From Coniocarpon cinnabarinum (taxonomy: Eukaryota), in NCBI GenBank assembly GCA_051942205.1, contig JAVECO010000109.1:1-64000 (forward strand): a DNA stretch of 64,000 nt, given 5' to 3'. The position numbers were made by a program, and so were the translations under genes. The notes under the pieces were generated by a model. The model searched no databases. It was not told the origin of the DNA and saw only the letters and a program-made list of their open reading frames with translations. This document shows positions 24,887-38,219 of the stretch, in pieces (positions within the stretch are counted from its first letter, which is position 1; the number at the start of each line of letters is the position of its first letter).

Positions 24887-27800
24887 ATGTCTTCTACTGC
24901 ATTGAACAATGGCAAAAAGCAGCAGTCGCTGTTCTATCACAGCTTCTTCGAGAGGTATACGATCACAAAGGAAGAAGAACGGCGCAGGCGACGCGGCAGC
25001 AAGCCGGCCCTATCCAGTGTGTTATCAATGACAACATTCTCGTAAAGTCTGTCGGCTGACGACGTGCTACACTAGCCAAATCCAAGCACGGGACTGCGAC
25101 TGCTAGTTGTCCATCGTCATCTAGCCTTTCGGTCAGCTCCGAAACGCTCTGCGCCTCGCGAGAATCGAGCGCATTGAACAGTGGACGCGTGAAAGGATCG
25201 CTCTCTTCCGCAGGGAGTCCAGTCCCCACCAGCCTACAGGATCATCGTTCCACGTCACCAACGGTGTATTACTCTTGTTCAACCGATTTAGAAGATGGGA
25301 CACGCTCCTCAGCTTCAAATAGACGTGCTGGGGGAACGCGCAATGTGGAAGATGGCACACACGATGATTCGGATAACTTTACGACAGCAGCGGAGACCAA
25401 TACACCCACGCGGAATTCACGAAACACAGTCGCCGCAGATGCACGATCTAAGCGGAGTCCATCAACGCCATGCAATCAATTGTCACGTCGCCAAGAAGAA
25501 CTCAAAGGGATCTCCACACTCTCCTTCAATCAAAATCATCTCTCAACCTCAAAGGACCTTCCCACCACCCCTGCTGCGGCGTCGAGCTCATTGAGTCCTC
25601 CCCTCTCTCAACTCTCACCAAGCTTTCCTCTTTCGGGAGGGTCCCGTAAGCGTAAGCGGGCTTCGATATCAGATCGAGTGACTCGTTCACAAGAAGGCCA
25701 AAGCTCAGACGAAGCCTCGTCGGTGGACAAGACGCAACTACGGCCGGCAAGCCCAGAGAAGGCCCGTGAAAGCGCTGATGCGACCGGCATGCATGCACCA
25801 ACAAGTTCACTTTCGAGGTTGTCAACTACGCCGGCCACGTATGACGGCTCTCAAACAGACCATCCGTTGGAAGCTTCTCAAAATCCGCCAGCAAGTTCAT
25901 TGTCGTTGTTGTCAACAACTCCAGTGCCATTCAGTCAACGACAAGGGAATGTTCATGATTCCCAAAGCAGCGATGAATTGAGCGAAGGCGACGTATACGA
26001 GAAGGAGAAACCGTCGCAAACGACTTCAGCTTGCAGTAGTGCCTATTGTGCTCCTGCATCTGACTCGGATGACGCTCCGCTTGAGAATCTAGGCGACATG
26101 CTGGGCACCTCCAAGAAGTATACACCCGAGACAAGGACGACCAGTCTCGGCAGCAAGACCGAGACTCCCCAGTTCAGAAATGGGTCCCGCCGCTCTTCGC
26201 CCAGGGCTAGCAGCAATTCGAAGTACTCCCTGAAAAAACTCCTTCAAGAGCACCAACAGGAACAGGATCGAACTACCAGACTAGACGATCTCGAAGCCGC
26301 TCTTGATGCCCGAGCAACCAACGACGAAGCTGAATCTACGAAACCAAATAATCTTGCCGTTCTGGCAAGGCTTGCTGACGAAGCAGGTGACCAAGAACAG
26401 GCCGAGAGGATCCGGCACGCGCTAGAGCGACAGGATCTACTTACAAATGACATTTTATGGCATTTCTTTCGACCTGTTCCAGAGAAGCAACACCAACCTG
26501 CGCCACCTCACATTCAACTGGAACAGCTTGGCGAATCGTGGTCCAGTTTTCACGAAAAAGCTTTCTGTGAACAAGCTTTTCTTTCTGGTTTCACCGCGGA
26601 TGCATTGTCAATGCAAAAGTCACTGCCTCCAATGCTTGTGAAACAGCTATGGGAAACAGCCATCTATGAGCCTCGAGAGGACCTTTCACAGGCCTATCGA
26701 AAGACGCTCGAGGCGTTGTCGTGCTCAACAGACGAAGCGTTCAGCCTCGCCCTGTTCACGGCTCCACTGAAAGTTATGGGCGCCACGCGAGAAGCTTTAA
26801 CTTTAGCGGAGACTGTTAGGGAGAGCTCGGAGCCAATGCAGAGTCCACTGGTGAGAACCCCTCCTAATCTGTATCGGTTTTTGCGAGCGACCCAGTCTAT
26901 TATCACGCATCTGTCTTCATCACTAGTCCCTGAAGTGCTGCTCCTTTACCTAAGAATGGGCATTGACCAGCTCGTGAATGATGATCATCAGCTTCTGTCA
27001 GAAGTGCAAGCTGTCGTATCCGCATTGATCAAACGATTTGGGAAAACGCCGGGTTTCGCTGACCTTGGCCAATCGCTCGTGTCTTCTGTGACTCATCCGG
27101 TCCTTCAGCGGCACATACTTTCTGTCATTCCGGAAAAGTCGGCTTTGGAACATGACTTCAAACGCCGGCTCGCATTAACATTCTTTCTGGCATCAACAGA
27201 GCCAATTTCAGATTATCTTGACGAGAGTGAACGCATTACGAACTTGATCGTTAAACGTGTTGTGGAAAACCCATTGCTCGATCCATATGCCGAAGCAGTT
27301 GACTATCGTTCCTTGATAGCATTGATCACCATTCTCGATACCGGCATCGGTGCAGGCTTTGGACCACCTCGAGAACCCGCAAGCGATGCTCCGGATGACG
27401 CCAGGAAAACCTACAAAAACCAGGCCAAGCATTTTGATAGCTGCGTCAGCTCGCTTTCAATTGCCATAAATTCCCTTTATACCCGCATTCAGGATGCCGG
27501 AGCTACCCATATGTTACGAACAACTGCGAAGAGTACGATTCAGAATTTAGTGTTGCGCTTGGACTACGGTGTCAGGACGACGCCGCCACCAAGACTGGAT
27601 GCACTCCCTCGCAACAGTCGCAAAGTACGAATTCCTGTTCATGGCTTTGACAAGTCGGGCAAGAACAAGAAGCTTCAGGTGACGTTGGGCGATGTCACTT
27701 CAGCGGTGGAGGACGAGCATGAGGCGCAAGCTAAAGTCATGGAGAGATTCTTGGCGCAGAAAACAAGGATGAATGAGAACCCCAAGTCCCCTCAAGGGAC

Positions 27801-28047
27801 ACAGCATGCCTCCAAAGAATCAGAGACATCTTCGAAAGCGTCCGACAGCAATTCAAGATCAGCCAAGCCTTCGCCAAGGGGATCTGCTGCAGCGCCTGAG
27901 CGGGATCAACGAAATACAAAGCCTGCAGAGCTAGAAGCGAAACCCGCTGCTTCGACGAAATCCGCGTCAGCGGATCAGTCATCAGTCTATCAAAAGTTCC
28001 TGGAGCGCAAAAAGAAGTCGGGTTTTAAGTCCCCTTTGTCTTCATGA
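24887..28047 (+). CDS. Conserved hypothetical protein (~1000 aa; disordered N-terminus, coiled coil, helical core), tentatively Nse6/SLF2(CANIN)-like SMC5/6 cofactor; probable intron 25017-25075
   Basis: 957-aa ORF. An upstream exon MSSTALNNGKKQQSLF... joins in frame through GTGTGT...CTGAC...TAG. The family assignment is only recalled resemblance and was not verified. Confidence 0.7.
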
Positions 28048-28360
28048 CCAGTTGAGACTGAAGACTCATGAAGACTCATGAAGCCATGATGGTAAGCATG
28101 TATAATAGTTGTAATATTACCTGGTAGTTGATGCAAATGCAGACTGCATACAGGTGTGCAAAGCTCTACTGGCCCACCTCCATGCTCTGTGACAGTGACG
28201 CTGAGATCCCGACCATGCTGTAACGATGCTCCCGAGTTCTCTCTTGCTCAACGCCAAACTAAAGCAGCAAATGCTTGAACGGTGGATTTCCACTACCCTG
28301 TATATTCGATTGAGTGCCATCTCGACTGACAACAACAACCTGACTCAATGAAGCTGTCAT

Positions 28361-29107
28361 CTAGGTTGTGAACTTCCGATTTGTATTTTCGCCGAAAAGT
28401 GTCAGTCGAAGCTGTGGCAGTGCGTCTACGCTCAAAAGATTGAGTCTTTCCTCGAGCGTATTGTTGAGTGTGATTTTCCCTCCAGTACCCAACACCATTA
28501 TACCACCAGTTCTGCGTCAAGTCAGTGTCCCAGCGATTTCGGGAGCGAACTCGATGTGTGTTCCAACTTACGATTCATCCGCCAACGGGTCCTTCTCGTC
28601 TATGACGACGTCCGTCTCTCGTCCCATATTCTCCTTGTACTCCTTCTTCACACCTTCAATAGCCTTCTTCACGCCGTCCGTGTCCCGCTTCCGCGCCTGC
28701 ACCGCGATTTTCGACTCATTCATTGCATACAGCCCTTCCAGCAGCAAACCCCTCAAGACTTCTGAGTAATCTCCTTTACTGAAATCACCCAATCGGCCAC
28801 GAGCACGATCGAACAAGTCATCCAACAAGTCTTGTCGCGCCCCCAACACCCGCAGCCGCGTTTTGTTCGCTAGCGTGCTCAGCGTGATCTGTCGCGACAT
28901 GGATGCCGTCTTGTATTTGGAAGCATACTGAGCGTCGATAGCTGCGGTCTCGGAGCGGACGAGTTTCGACTTTTCGATAGCGAACTCTTCGTCGGCTTTG
29001 AGTTGGATTTCGCGGGCCTTCTCGAGCGCTTCTTGGCGGATGAAGGCGGTCATCTTTTTGAGCTCAGACGAGACTTGATCGTCCGTAAGGGCGTGGATCT
29101 GAGACAT
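28361..29107 (-). CDS. VMA4: V-type proton ATPase subunit E; intron ~28512-28571
   Basis: N-terminus MSQIHALTDDQVSSELKKMTAFIRQEALEKAREIQLKADEEFAIEKSKLVR; exon 2 reads GGIMVLGTGGKITLNNTLEERL...LFGENTNRKFTT*. Confidence 0.96.
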
Positions 29108-29796
29108 GGTTGCGGTAGTTTACTGTGTGGCCTAAGAGTGGCGGAGACCGATATAGAGGAGGGTGAAAATGAAGACGGGTGTTTGGAATGTGGAAGCTGG
29201 CTTGTTTGGGGTGTGCCTGTTGCGAGGTGGAAGGAGGTGCAGGGAAGGGAACTGGAGGTACAGCTTCGAAGACGTCAGACAACGGTGGTCTAGTAGCTCT
29301 GGAGCTCTCTATGCGATCGTGTGGCTGTTTAATTTGTCACGAGCCAAGTACCTTAGGTAGCTATGTAGTTGGCGATAAGGATGGTGACGGGACACAGCTC
29401 CGGACCCAGACACGTGCTACATCTTGGCAGAGGGTGGTCCGAGCTTCGGGTACCTGAGATCGCGCCGCGGCTAAACGTCAGAGAAGTGACAGCTCACCAT
29501 CTTTCTTCTGTCTTCAATCCTCTCCAGCATACCGGATCACCAGGCGCTCTTTCCCTTCCTTATCCTTGGCTGTCTGCGGCTAGACGCTCGTTTCACTCTG
29601 GTGCAGCACCTCAAGAGGTGTGCGTGCGTCTTCAAGCCGCTCTACATCAATATCCATCGTCAATCGGTTTCCAGCGGGCAGCAAACATGTCTATATCGCT
29701 GCTGCAATAACATCCCTTGGTGCGATTCCTTGCCTGAGGAGCTGCTGGTACTGCATGTGCTCTTTGAAAAATCTCATGTTATATCTGCGATGATTC

Positions 29797-31698
29797 ATGG
29801 GCCGTTTGGGGAATCTCTCGCCCGCCGCGAGCGTGGCTGTATGTTCCCTTTACAATGCTATGTGGTCGGGAGGAGCATGCTAACTGGACAACTAGGTTGG
29901 CATTCTTGTCGGTCTCGTGTCCACCTCGATCCAGTCAATAGGTCTCACGCTGCAGCGCAAGTCTCACCTGCTCGAAGACTCCAAAGAAGATGAGCTGGCC
30001 CGCCGGCCACCGTACCGTCGAAGAAAGTGGCAAATTGGAATGTTCATGTTTGTCCTGTCGAATCTGGTTGGCAGCACGATTCAGATCACAACTCTGCCTC
30101 TTCCTGTCTTGAGCACACTGCAAGCGAGTGGCCTCGTCTTCAATACAATATGTGCAACCCTCATCCTCGGAGAAGAGTTCACGCGGTGGTCATTTGCCGG
30201 CACGGCACTGGTTGCAGGCGGCGCGATACTCATTGCGCTCTACGGCGCACTCCCAGAGCCAACGCACAATCTCGACCAGCTCCTCGTGCTCCTCAAAAGA
30301 CCGCAATTCGTTGTTTGGATGTTCGGCTCTCTCATGATTGTCGCGATCGCGCTTCTTACGGCCTTTCTCTTACCGCGTCTGAGTCGATTGTCTAATGCGC
30401 ACCACTACCAGCCCGTACATCAACATCACTATCCCCATCATCCACACCACATCAATCCCCGCATGCGCTTTCTGACGGGCATGTCTTTTGGCTTTGCCTC
30501 CGCCATACTCTCGGCTCACACACTTCTCATTGCAAAATCCGCAGTTGAACTCATCATCACGTCTCTTCCCTTTACTAGGCACAGCTCGACCGACGCTCCA
30601 GCCACTAATCAATTCTCACACTATCAAACATACGTCATTCTCGTTGCTTTACTTGCCTTTGCACTACTTCAACTCTACTTCCTCCACCGCGGCCTCAAGC
30701 TCACCAGCACCAGTGTGCTATACCCTTTCGTCTTCTGTATCTACAACGTCATCGCTATCTTGGACGGCCTGATCTACTTCAAACAAACGGATCGCCTACC
30801 TCCACTGCACGCAGGATTGATCGCACTTGGCACAGCTATCCTACTTATGGGAGTGCTTGCGCTCAGCTGGCGTCTCGACGAACAAGGCCAGCAAGAACGC
30901 CGCGAATACGGTCTTGAACAGCCCATCGTTCCTACAGGCCAAATGTCGGCGCTCGCACCAGGCATGGGCATCGTCGAGGACACAGTAACACCAAGCCCTA
31001 GCGCATCTGACGACGAATCGACGCCTGCGGACGAAGAGCGAGGTCTAGGCACCCGCCACGTCTCCGAATCGACGCCACTGCTTCCCCGCCGCACGAGCAC
31101 CCGTCTTGAATTCGACCTCCCACCAGGTCGTCCAAACTCAGGCTACGGTTCTACGTCTCGCGCGAGAAGGCAAAGCCGCAGTAGCGTACTGAGCCCCTCC
31201 GCCCGCCGCACACGTTTCACCTCTACGCCATTTGAACGCGAGAACATCTGGAGAGAGCTGATGGACGACAAGGAAGCGTTGACTTCGCCTGGGTTTGGAT
31301 CACAAAGAAGGAAGAGACGGAAGACCGTTGGTGGCTTACCACCTTTGCAGACGCAGAATCTGGAATCGGCGGAACAGGATCCAAACAAGGCGAGGTCCGC
31401 TGATCCGCTGAGGCGGGCGCGGACTACACCTATTGCGCCGCCAAGGCTGGACGATGGTGTGGGCGATGACAGCGCATCGGCGTGGAAAAAGCGACGGAGA
31501 CGAGGTGATGAGACAGTCAATAATGAAGAAACGAGAAGGCCTGGTGCTGCGCCTGAAGGGAGAAGTGTGAGTAGTCCGCTTGTGGGATTGCAGCGGTTGG
31601 GAAGTTATGGTGGACGAAGAAATGAGAGGAGGGTTGTTGAGTGGGTTGGAGGGCTGATGGTTAGTAATCATGACTCGGATCGTGGAAAGAAGAAGTAG
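29797..31698 (+). CDS. NIPA/DUF803 (DMT superfamily) magnesium-transporter-like membrane protein; intron 29839-29895
   Basis: Spliced start MGRLGNLSPAASVA|VGILVGLVSTSIQSIGLTLQRKSH. It has about nine hydrophobic helices, W-x-G and LPLPVLSTLQASGLVFNTICATLILGE segments, and a disordered C-terminal tail. Confidence 0.85.
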
Positions 31699-31989
31699 AT
31701 CAAAAGAGTAATCCGAAATGGATGCATGGGGAGGTGGTTGGATACCCATTACAGGTCTTTGCACTCGCGGATATGCTGCAAATAAATCCATTCTTTGACA
31801 TTGCCTACGTCTTTCGATCACTAATGTCGTGGTAGTCGGCGAGAAACTTTTAGCGATGCATGGAGGAGGGGTATCTACAATACTTTCCGTATGAGAAGCT
31901 GAGGAGTGTAAGTGCTTCTTACTGATGTCGCAAGATAGATCGGAAGTGAGATGAAGTTCATCATCGTTATTGGCTAACAAACAACCGTA

Positions 31990-34900
31990 AGAACACTGCG
32001 AGATTAGAGAGGGGACGCTCTAAATGTCCTGACGTTCTAGTTGCCTCAGTCCTTACTGTGAATAGATTCGCATGTGGCGACCTAAGAACTACAAAGCCCT
32101 TGTCTAGAGAGGGCGGATGAAGAAACGTTGCTTTCATGATAAGGCTGTAGTCTGCAGCAATTTAGGGGGCAGATCGAGTATTAATTGTCTTCATAGTAAG
32201 GCTAGCATCCACGCGTGTGCATAGAAAATGCCGTGAACAAAAGTCGGCAAAAACTGAGGTGATGTTCAGCACCGTTGTTAGCCAGCACAATGACTGAAAG
32301 AACGAACATAATGGCAAAATATGCTACAAGTATTCAACCTAGTAGTCTCCTGAGTCTGCTCTTCATCGACACGGCATGGGACGGCTTGAAGCCCTCGACT
32401 ACGTCCAAGGGCGGCCAACCATGTCTAACGAACAACTTAAGATGCGATCTCGTCGCGAAGTAAATGAGCACGTAGCAGCAGCGGTGATGTTCAGCACCAT
32501 TGGCACACAAGAACGTGACAGAAAACACGTGATCGAATGAACAAGATCGCAAAGTATGCTATAGAGCTTTTATTTTTTGGGCACCGGAATTTGTTCTCTA
32601 AAGATATCACATGGGACAGCTCGAAGTCCTGAACTACGTCCAGGGGAGACTTGGCAGTGCTTCGCGATCAAGTATAACTTGGGCGAAATGCTTCTCCGAT
32701 AGTAATTCAAGATGTTTGAAGATGTTTGGACAAGAAGGTGATCTTCGCCATTGTCATGAGCGGAAAAATGACTCAGAGAACGACTCAAGCGTCATGAAGA
32801 TGCTGTTATAAATTGATTTCTAGTCGCCTGAGTCTTTCCTTTACAAACAGCACACGAGATAATTTGAAGCCTTGAACTACGTCCAGGGGCGACTTATAAT
32901 GTCTCGCGATCAAGCCGAATTGCGAGCAAGGCATTCGCGAAGTCAATAAGCAAGTAGAAAGGATGATGATGCGCAGCGCCATCAGTGGCTGGAAGATGAC
33001 CTAAAGAAGGACGCAAGAGCTAAGAATATGCTATAAATCTTTCGTCCTTCTGGTTGCCTAAGTCTCTCCTTCAGATTATTACCACATAAGACGGCTCGAA
33101 GCCCTGAACTACGTCCAGGGGCGACTCACAATGCCTCTCGATCAAGTTAAATTGAGTTGCGAGCGAGTGTTTTGCGAAGTCAATGACAGGGGTGGAAGAA
33201 TGGTGATGCGCAACAGCGTTACTAGCTAGAAAGCAACTTCAAGAACGACGCAACTATCAAAAGGACGCTATAGTGGACTCATTGTTTGTATCGCTTAGTC
33301 CTCTCCCTTTATAGACCTCGCAAAAGGCGACGTAAAGCGTTTGGACCAGTTTAAGCGTAAATGAGGTAACAATGTCTTCATAGCAAAGCCGACGCTTCGA
33401 GCGAACGTTAGTAGAGACTGAGATGAAGAATAACGCTCAGCATCATTGCCAGAACGACGCAGTACTCACAATCTTGCCTTTTGTAATTCCTAGTTGCTTG
33501 AGTCTTCCTTCACAGACATCGCATGAGACGGCTCGTGGCCGGGGACTGGGTTTGAAGGGGAACTTAATACGACATTTTATAATGAAGTGGAATTGGGAAC
33601 AAATACTTTGCAAAGTCAATAAGCACATACCAAGAACAGTAATGATTAGCGCCGTCAATAGCTAGAAGATATTCTCAAGTAATGCAAGAGTCCCAAGGAT
33701 GCCGTTATAAACTGGTTCTTGGTTGCTTGAGTCTTCACTAGCATCATTATCGCATAATACGGCTAAAATGCGTGGAATAGTCAGGCTATGGAACAGTTTT
33801 AGGTGCGGCTGAACAATGTCTCTCATGACGAATCCAGTTCTAAGCAAGTGGTTTGATGAGTTTTGAGGGAATATGATGCCCAACACCATTGTTAGCTGGA
33901 AAGATGAAAGAACGATGTTGAGAAAGAGTAATGATGCCCGCTCTTTAGCCGCTTAAGTCTTTCCTTTACGAACATCGCCAAAGACAACCCAAGCAATTAA
34001 AGAGGTTCAGGGGCAACTTGTCACGACGAATGTCATGACGAATTTGGATTCTGAGTGAGTAGTATGATAAATTTAGAAGAAGGATGATGCTCAGCACCGT
34101 CTATAGATGAAAGAGCGTCATCGAATCACGTAATGCTTGAAGCACATGCTATGAACGGTCATTCTCATGAATTGATTATGTCGTGTTCTATATGGACATC
34201 GCATGAAGCGATCAAGGATTACGATGAATCGTACGGGTCATGTGGGAACAATGTCCTCGTAACAAAGCCCCAATTCAAGCAAAGACCCTTCGCGAAAGTC
34301 GTTAACATTTCGAACGGAAAGATAACGTTGCAAAAATGGGTGATGCTCATCATCATCATTAGCTGCAGAACTAATTCAAAGATGGAAGGACGTAATCGCT
34401 GAAACCGTGTATAAATGCGCTTATCTCATATCAGTTTCCTGAGCTTTCCGTCAGTCGCATCGCACGAGACGGCTTCCTAGACTATAAGACCTTTGAGGGG
34501 CCGCATTGACAATAGCTTTTTAGCAAAGCTAAAATTTGCTCAGATACTTTTCGTGAAAGCAAATGAGCATGTAGGAACGATAGTGATGCGAAGCATCATC
34601 CCTAGCTAAAGATTACTTAAAGAGCGACACATTCGTCAGAAGACATACTACAAACGGTCATTCTTTGGGCGTTGACTGTATTTTGTCCTTCAAAAACATC
34701 GCATGACTCGATAAACGACGACAACTGCTCCTAGAGGCCAAATCAAAATAATTGCCGCCATGACAACGGGAAAGGCTGTATGCGTTTGTTCTATGAAAGC
34801 TGTTAGAAAATGAGAAGAATAGTAGTGCTCGCCGCTGCTCATTGCTGAGTGGACGATTCGAAGAACGGCGCAATCGTGGGGAGACATGCTACAAATCAAT

Positions 34901-35370
34901 TCGCTCTTTGTGAACTGCGCTGGTCCTGTCTTCACCCAAACCTCATGAAGCATTATCTGGACGATCAAGCGGCTCGAGGGGCACATTTGGACAATGTAGA
35001 TCACAGTGAAACTATGCTGTGATTCAATGTCGTTTTGCAGAAATCATCCAATTTGCAGAAGGAAGGAATGATGTTCAGCACCGCAAGCAAAATAGGAGCA
35101 TGGTACAAAAAAAAACGGCAGCATTTCAGGATTGCCATAAATGTGATTACTATTTGTAAATCGTCTAGGACTGTATTCACTAACATCCCATAAAACCATC
35201 CAAAATACTTCATGATTTCTGGGGACAGATCATCGTCGTCCTTATAAGAGAGCTGAAATTCGAACCTTGAGCAAGCTGATGGTTTTTCCCAACGTCAAGC
35301 CGAGGGCTGGAAGAATGGTGATGCTCAGCACCACCTGTAATGAGAAAATGACCTTATGAAGAACAAGGGA
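31990..35370. repeat. Highly diverged tandem array, ~14-15 units of ~210-255 bp (mean ~235)
   Basis: The anchor GATGYKCAGCAYC-like motif occurs at ~32261, 32486, 32740, 32968, 33205, 33432, 33643, 33875, 34086, 34342, 34585, 34825, 35070 and 35320. GAACTACGTCCAGGGG occurs at 32631, 32874 and 33106, with a variant at 32396. Confidence 0.85.
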
Positions 35371-38219
35371 CGGGGTTGGTTATTTGCAAAGCTCCCCTGA
35401 GACTAGTGATATGACGGTGGCTGTCTGGTTGATACTCGAGTGTTGCCCTCCATGTAGCGTACGTTAATAACAGCGCTCGTATAGGGAATCATCTATCAAT
35501 CGTCCTGCGCGGAGGGAACAGAAAACTTTATGCGTGGAGCGCTACACCACAAGTTGCTTTCGGGGAAGCTTAGTATGTGTGGGGCATTATTTGTAGCTTT
35601 GGGAGTTCGATCTACATTACACACCTCCCTGGGATGAATCAGCACGTTCTCAAGGTCTTCTGGAGGGGTTCATTCGACAATAATGGCGAATAAAATCAAG
35701 TTGCATGATTATATAAATGATTTAAATTTGGAACGCTGTAACGACTGGAAGAATTAGGGTGCTGATCGTAGATGGCAGCATATTCACATGGTCCACAATG
35801 ACAAGGGAGGGGAAAATTCATGACAGCTTGTTTGCAACAAGGAATCTTTGTTGCAAGTCGTGTTCTCAAAGAACACCTGTTCGTTTAATAGGGAACCTCA
35901 TCACACGTGCTTAGCGCTCTTCTGGATTGGCGTCTTTTGCAAACTCGACACATTTCATTAGGTTGGTGAAAGAGATTAGAACATTTCGTTGAAGCGCGGT
36001 TCCCTCGGGTGCAGCCTAGGTGGACGTCACACTAGATTGCTTGCTGGATTCCATGACTCGGAGTGAGGACAAGACTTTATATGCATCAAGCTATCTGCGA
36101 GGCTGCTTATAAAAATGGAAGACAGTTGTGAGAAACGTAATGCGCTCATTTGACTTATTCCTTGGAGCAGGATAGCTCTATAGGATGTGTTCGACGGGAG
36201 GGTTCCCTCAGATCTCAGCTTTGGAGATTTTGAGTGGAGGGATGGTAATACGACATCAGATGCTGAATTGATGTCCAGATATGCAGAGATGAGAACTGTA
36301 TATATAAAGACATGCTTGCGATCTATAAATCGTCTACTGTTGATGATAGACATCGTGCCCGGCCAGCCTTTCCAGGGGAAATATGCAGTTGTAAGAAGCA
36401 AACACCGCCAAAAGAATGATTGCAACAAGCCATACTCGACTCCGTAAATGATGATGACCTCCATCCTTGAACAAAACGAGCGCGCTTGCTTGAAATTGTT
36501 CTTGAAAGCAAGACATTAATGAAAGTGCCCCTCAAAGCTCTTTGCGTTCGGTCGAGCCGCTTATTACTTTCTCAATGCGATCAAACGTAGCGAACTGGTC
36601 TCAGAAGCCATTGGTGAGTCGTATATAGACCACATGGGCGCTTGTTGCGTATGTTCTTCACGCAATGAAAACCGCAACGAGTTGCTTCTTTTTGTCATCT
36701 CCCTAGGAGGGGCAAAGGTCAGTGCTTTCGCTGCGTGATATCTTGGTAATATATACAGATTTGCGATTAAGGTTTGAAGATGCTATGATGGTGGTGGTGC
36801 AGGGCAGTGTCAAAGTCAAGGTCAAGGTGGACCGAACGGCGCGAACATGACGAACCCCATGAATGATTTAGTCATGAGCTCCACGGAGATAACGCCCCTG
36901 ATGCGAGAGAGACGAATCGTAGGATGGGGTGTCCAGGTTCCGAGCAGTGGCGGAAGTATATCACTCGAGCAGTCTAAATTCTTTATATCTCTGCGAAACA
37001 ATGATCACATGACGAAAATGACGAGATGGCTTGAAAGAGAAAGTGGTTGCAAAGCAAAGAGGTTGGAAGATGTTGCGTTTAATTTGACATTCGTGTAAGT
37101 ATTCGTGAGCGAGACAAAGATCTGAGGTCTAAGAGAGGGGCTTATGGTAGAAGAGAGGTAGCAGAAACTTTGGTGGAACAGGGACCCTGGACCGACCTTG
37201 TGTCACTTTTCGTAAATGGCTTGCTCAGAGAATTCTGATGTCATGGTCTCTTCCGTGAACACGTTGATGATCTTTACCATCTTTACGAAACTTACACTTA
37301 CGCGACGAACTAGGTTCGATGTGCTTATAAGCTGGAAGATGATCAAATTCGATTCTCCGTTTTCAGAAGCCCCCTGTCGAGTAGCATCGGGTGCTTTTGG
37401 CCTGAAAGTAACGATGTCACCGAGTTTTTCAATGCTAAGTGATGGAGTCCGATCGAGGGTCTAGGCGAAACTCTGTTGCCTTTCCACAGATTGTGAGCCA
37501 CAGGCCGCGAGTGATGCGGCTTCGAGTCTAGACAGTGTCAGCATGGTCGCTTCTTAGAGCTTGCACAATGTGCAAGAGTTGCTGAGATGTGTCAATAGAA
37601 AGACTTCGTGTGCTTTGCTGAAGAGTTGTTGTGCGATAGCAATTCCCCAAAGCGCAATGCAGTGCATACAAGATCCTGAGGAGGGCGTGGCCGATATTCT
37701 CGTTGCTTTCCACCTAACCTCCTCACCCATAATCTGCTCTTCGGAAGTGAGCATTTGTAGCAGCGCATTGGGTATATCAGCTATTGGCATGTTTACGATG
37801 TCAAGCGACACGCACGTGCGCTTCGATCATGCATCTTATTCTTGAGCTCATCACGCCTCCAAGGTTCTTATTTTCTCGCTTTAGTTTAGTCACAGGTTGT
37901 GCGCCTGATTGAACCGTACTTTAATTCTTATTTGCTCGTACCAGTCATCCTCGAAGCTCCAACAGTCTCTTCCTCCCATTTCGTAATGACATTAGACGGA
38001 TGAAGCAGCGGGCCATTCGAGACTCTTGAGAGGTACGTTCACGATGCGTGGAGCGTCTTCGCAAGCTTCATCAGAGGCCACTTGCTGCCAAAAGGTTGGA
38101 CTGATAAGTGGAATAGTCACGCAGTGTGCAATACACAGCAGGGGAAGGATTCGGAGAGTGGGAATCAGACGTTACAAATGGTTCATCAATCATACTGTTT
38201 GCGTGATCGGTATGACCTT

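Noticed and set aside
31990..35370. CRISPR-like interpretation of the periodic motifs
   Set aside because: Eukaryotic context, no cas genes, repeats are not identical, and the inter-anchor sequence is itself homologous between units.
35400..37900. Short ORFs (36027-36464, 37554-37811) suggesting a decayed gene or transposon
   Set aside because: No transposase, RT or other recognisable motif and no terminal repeats found; a call cannot be supported.
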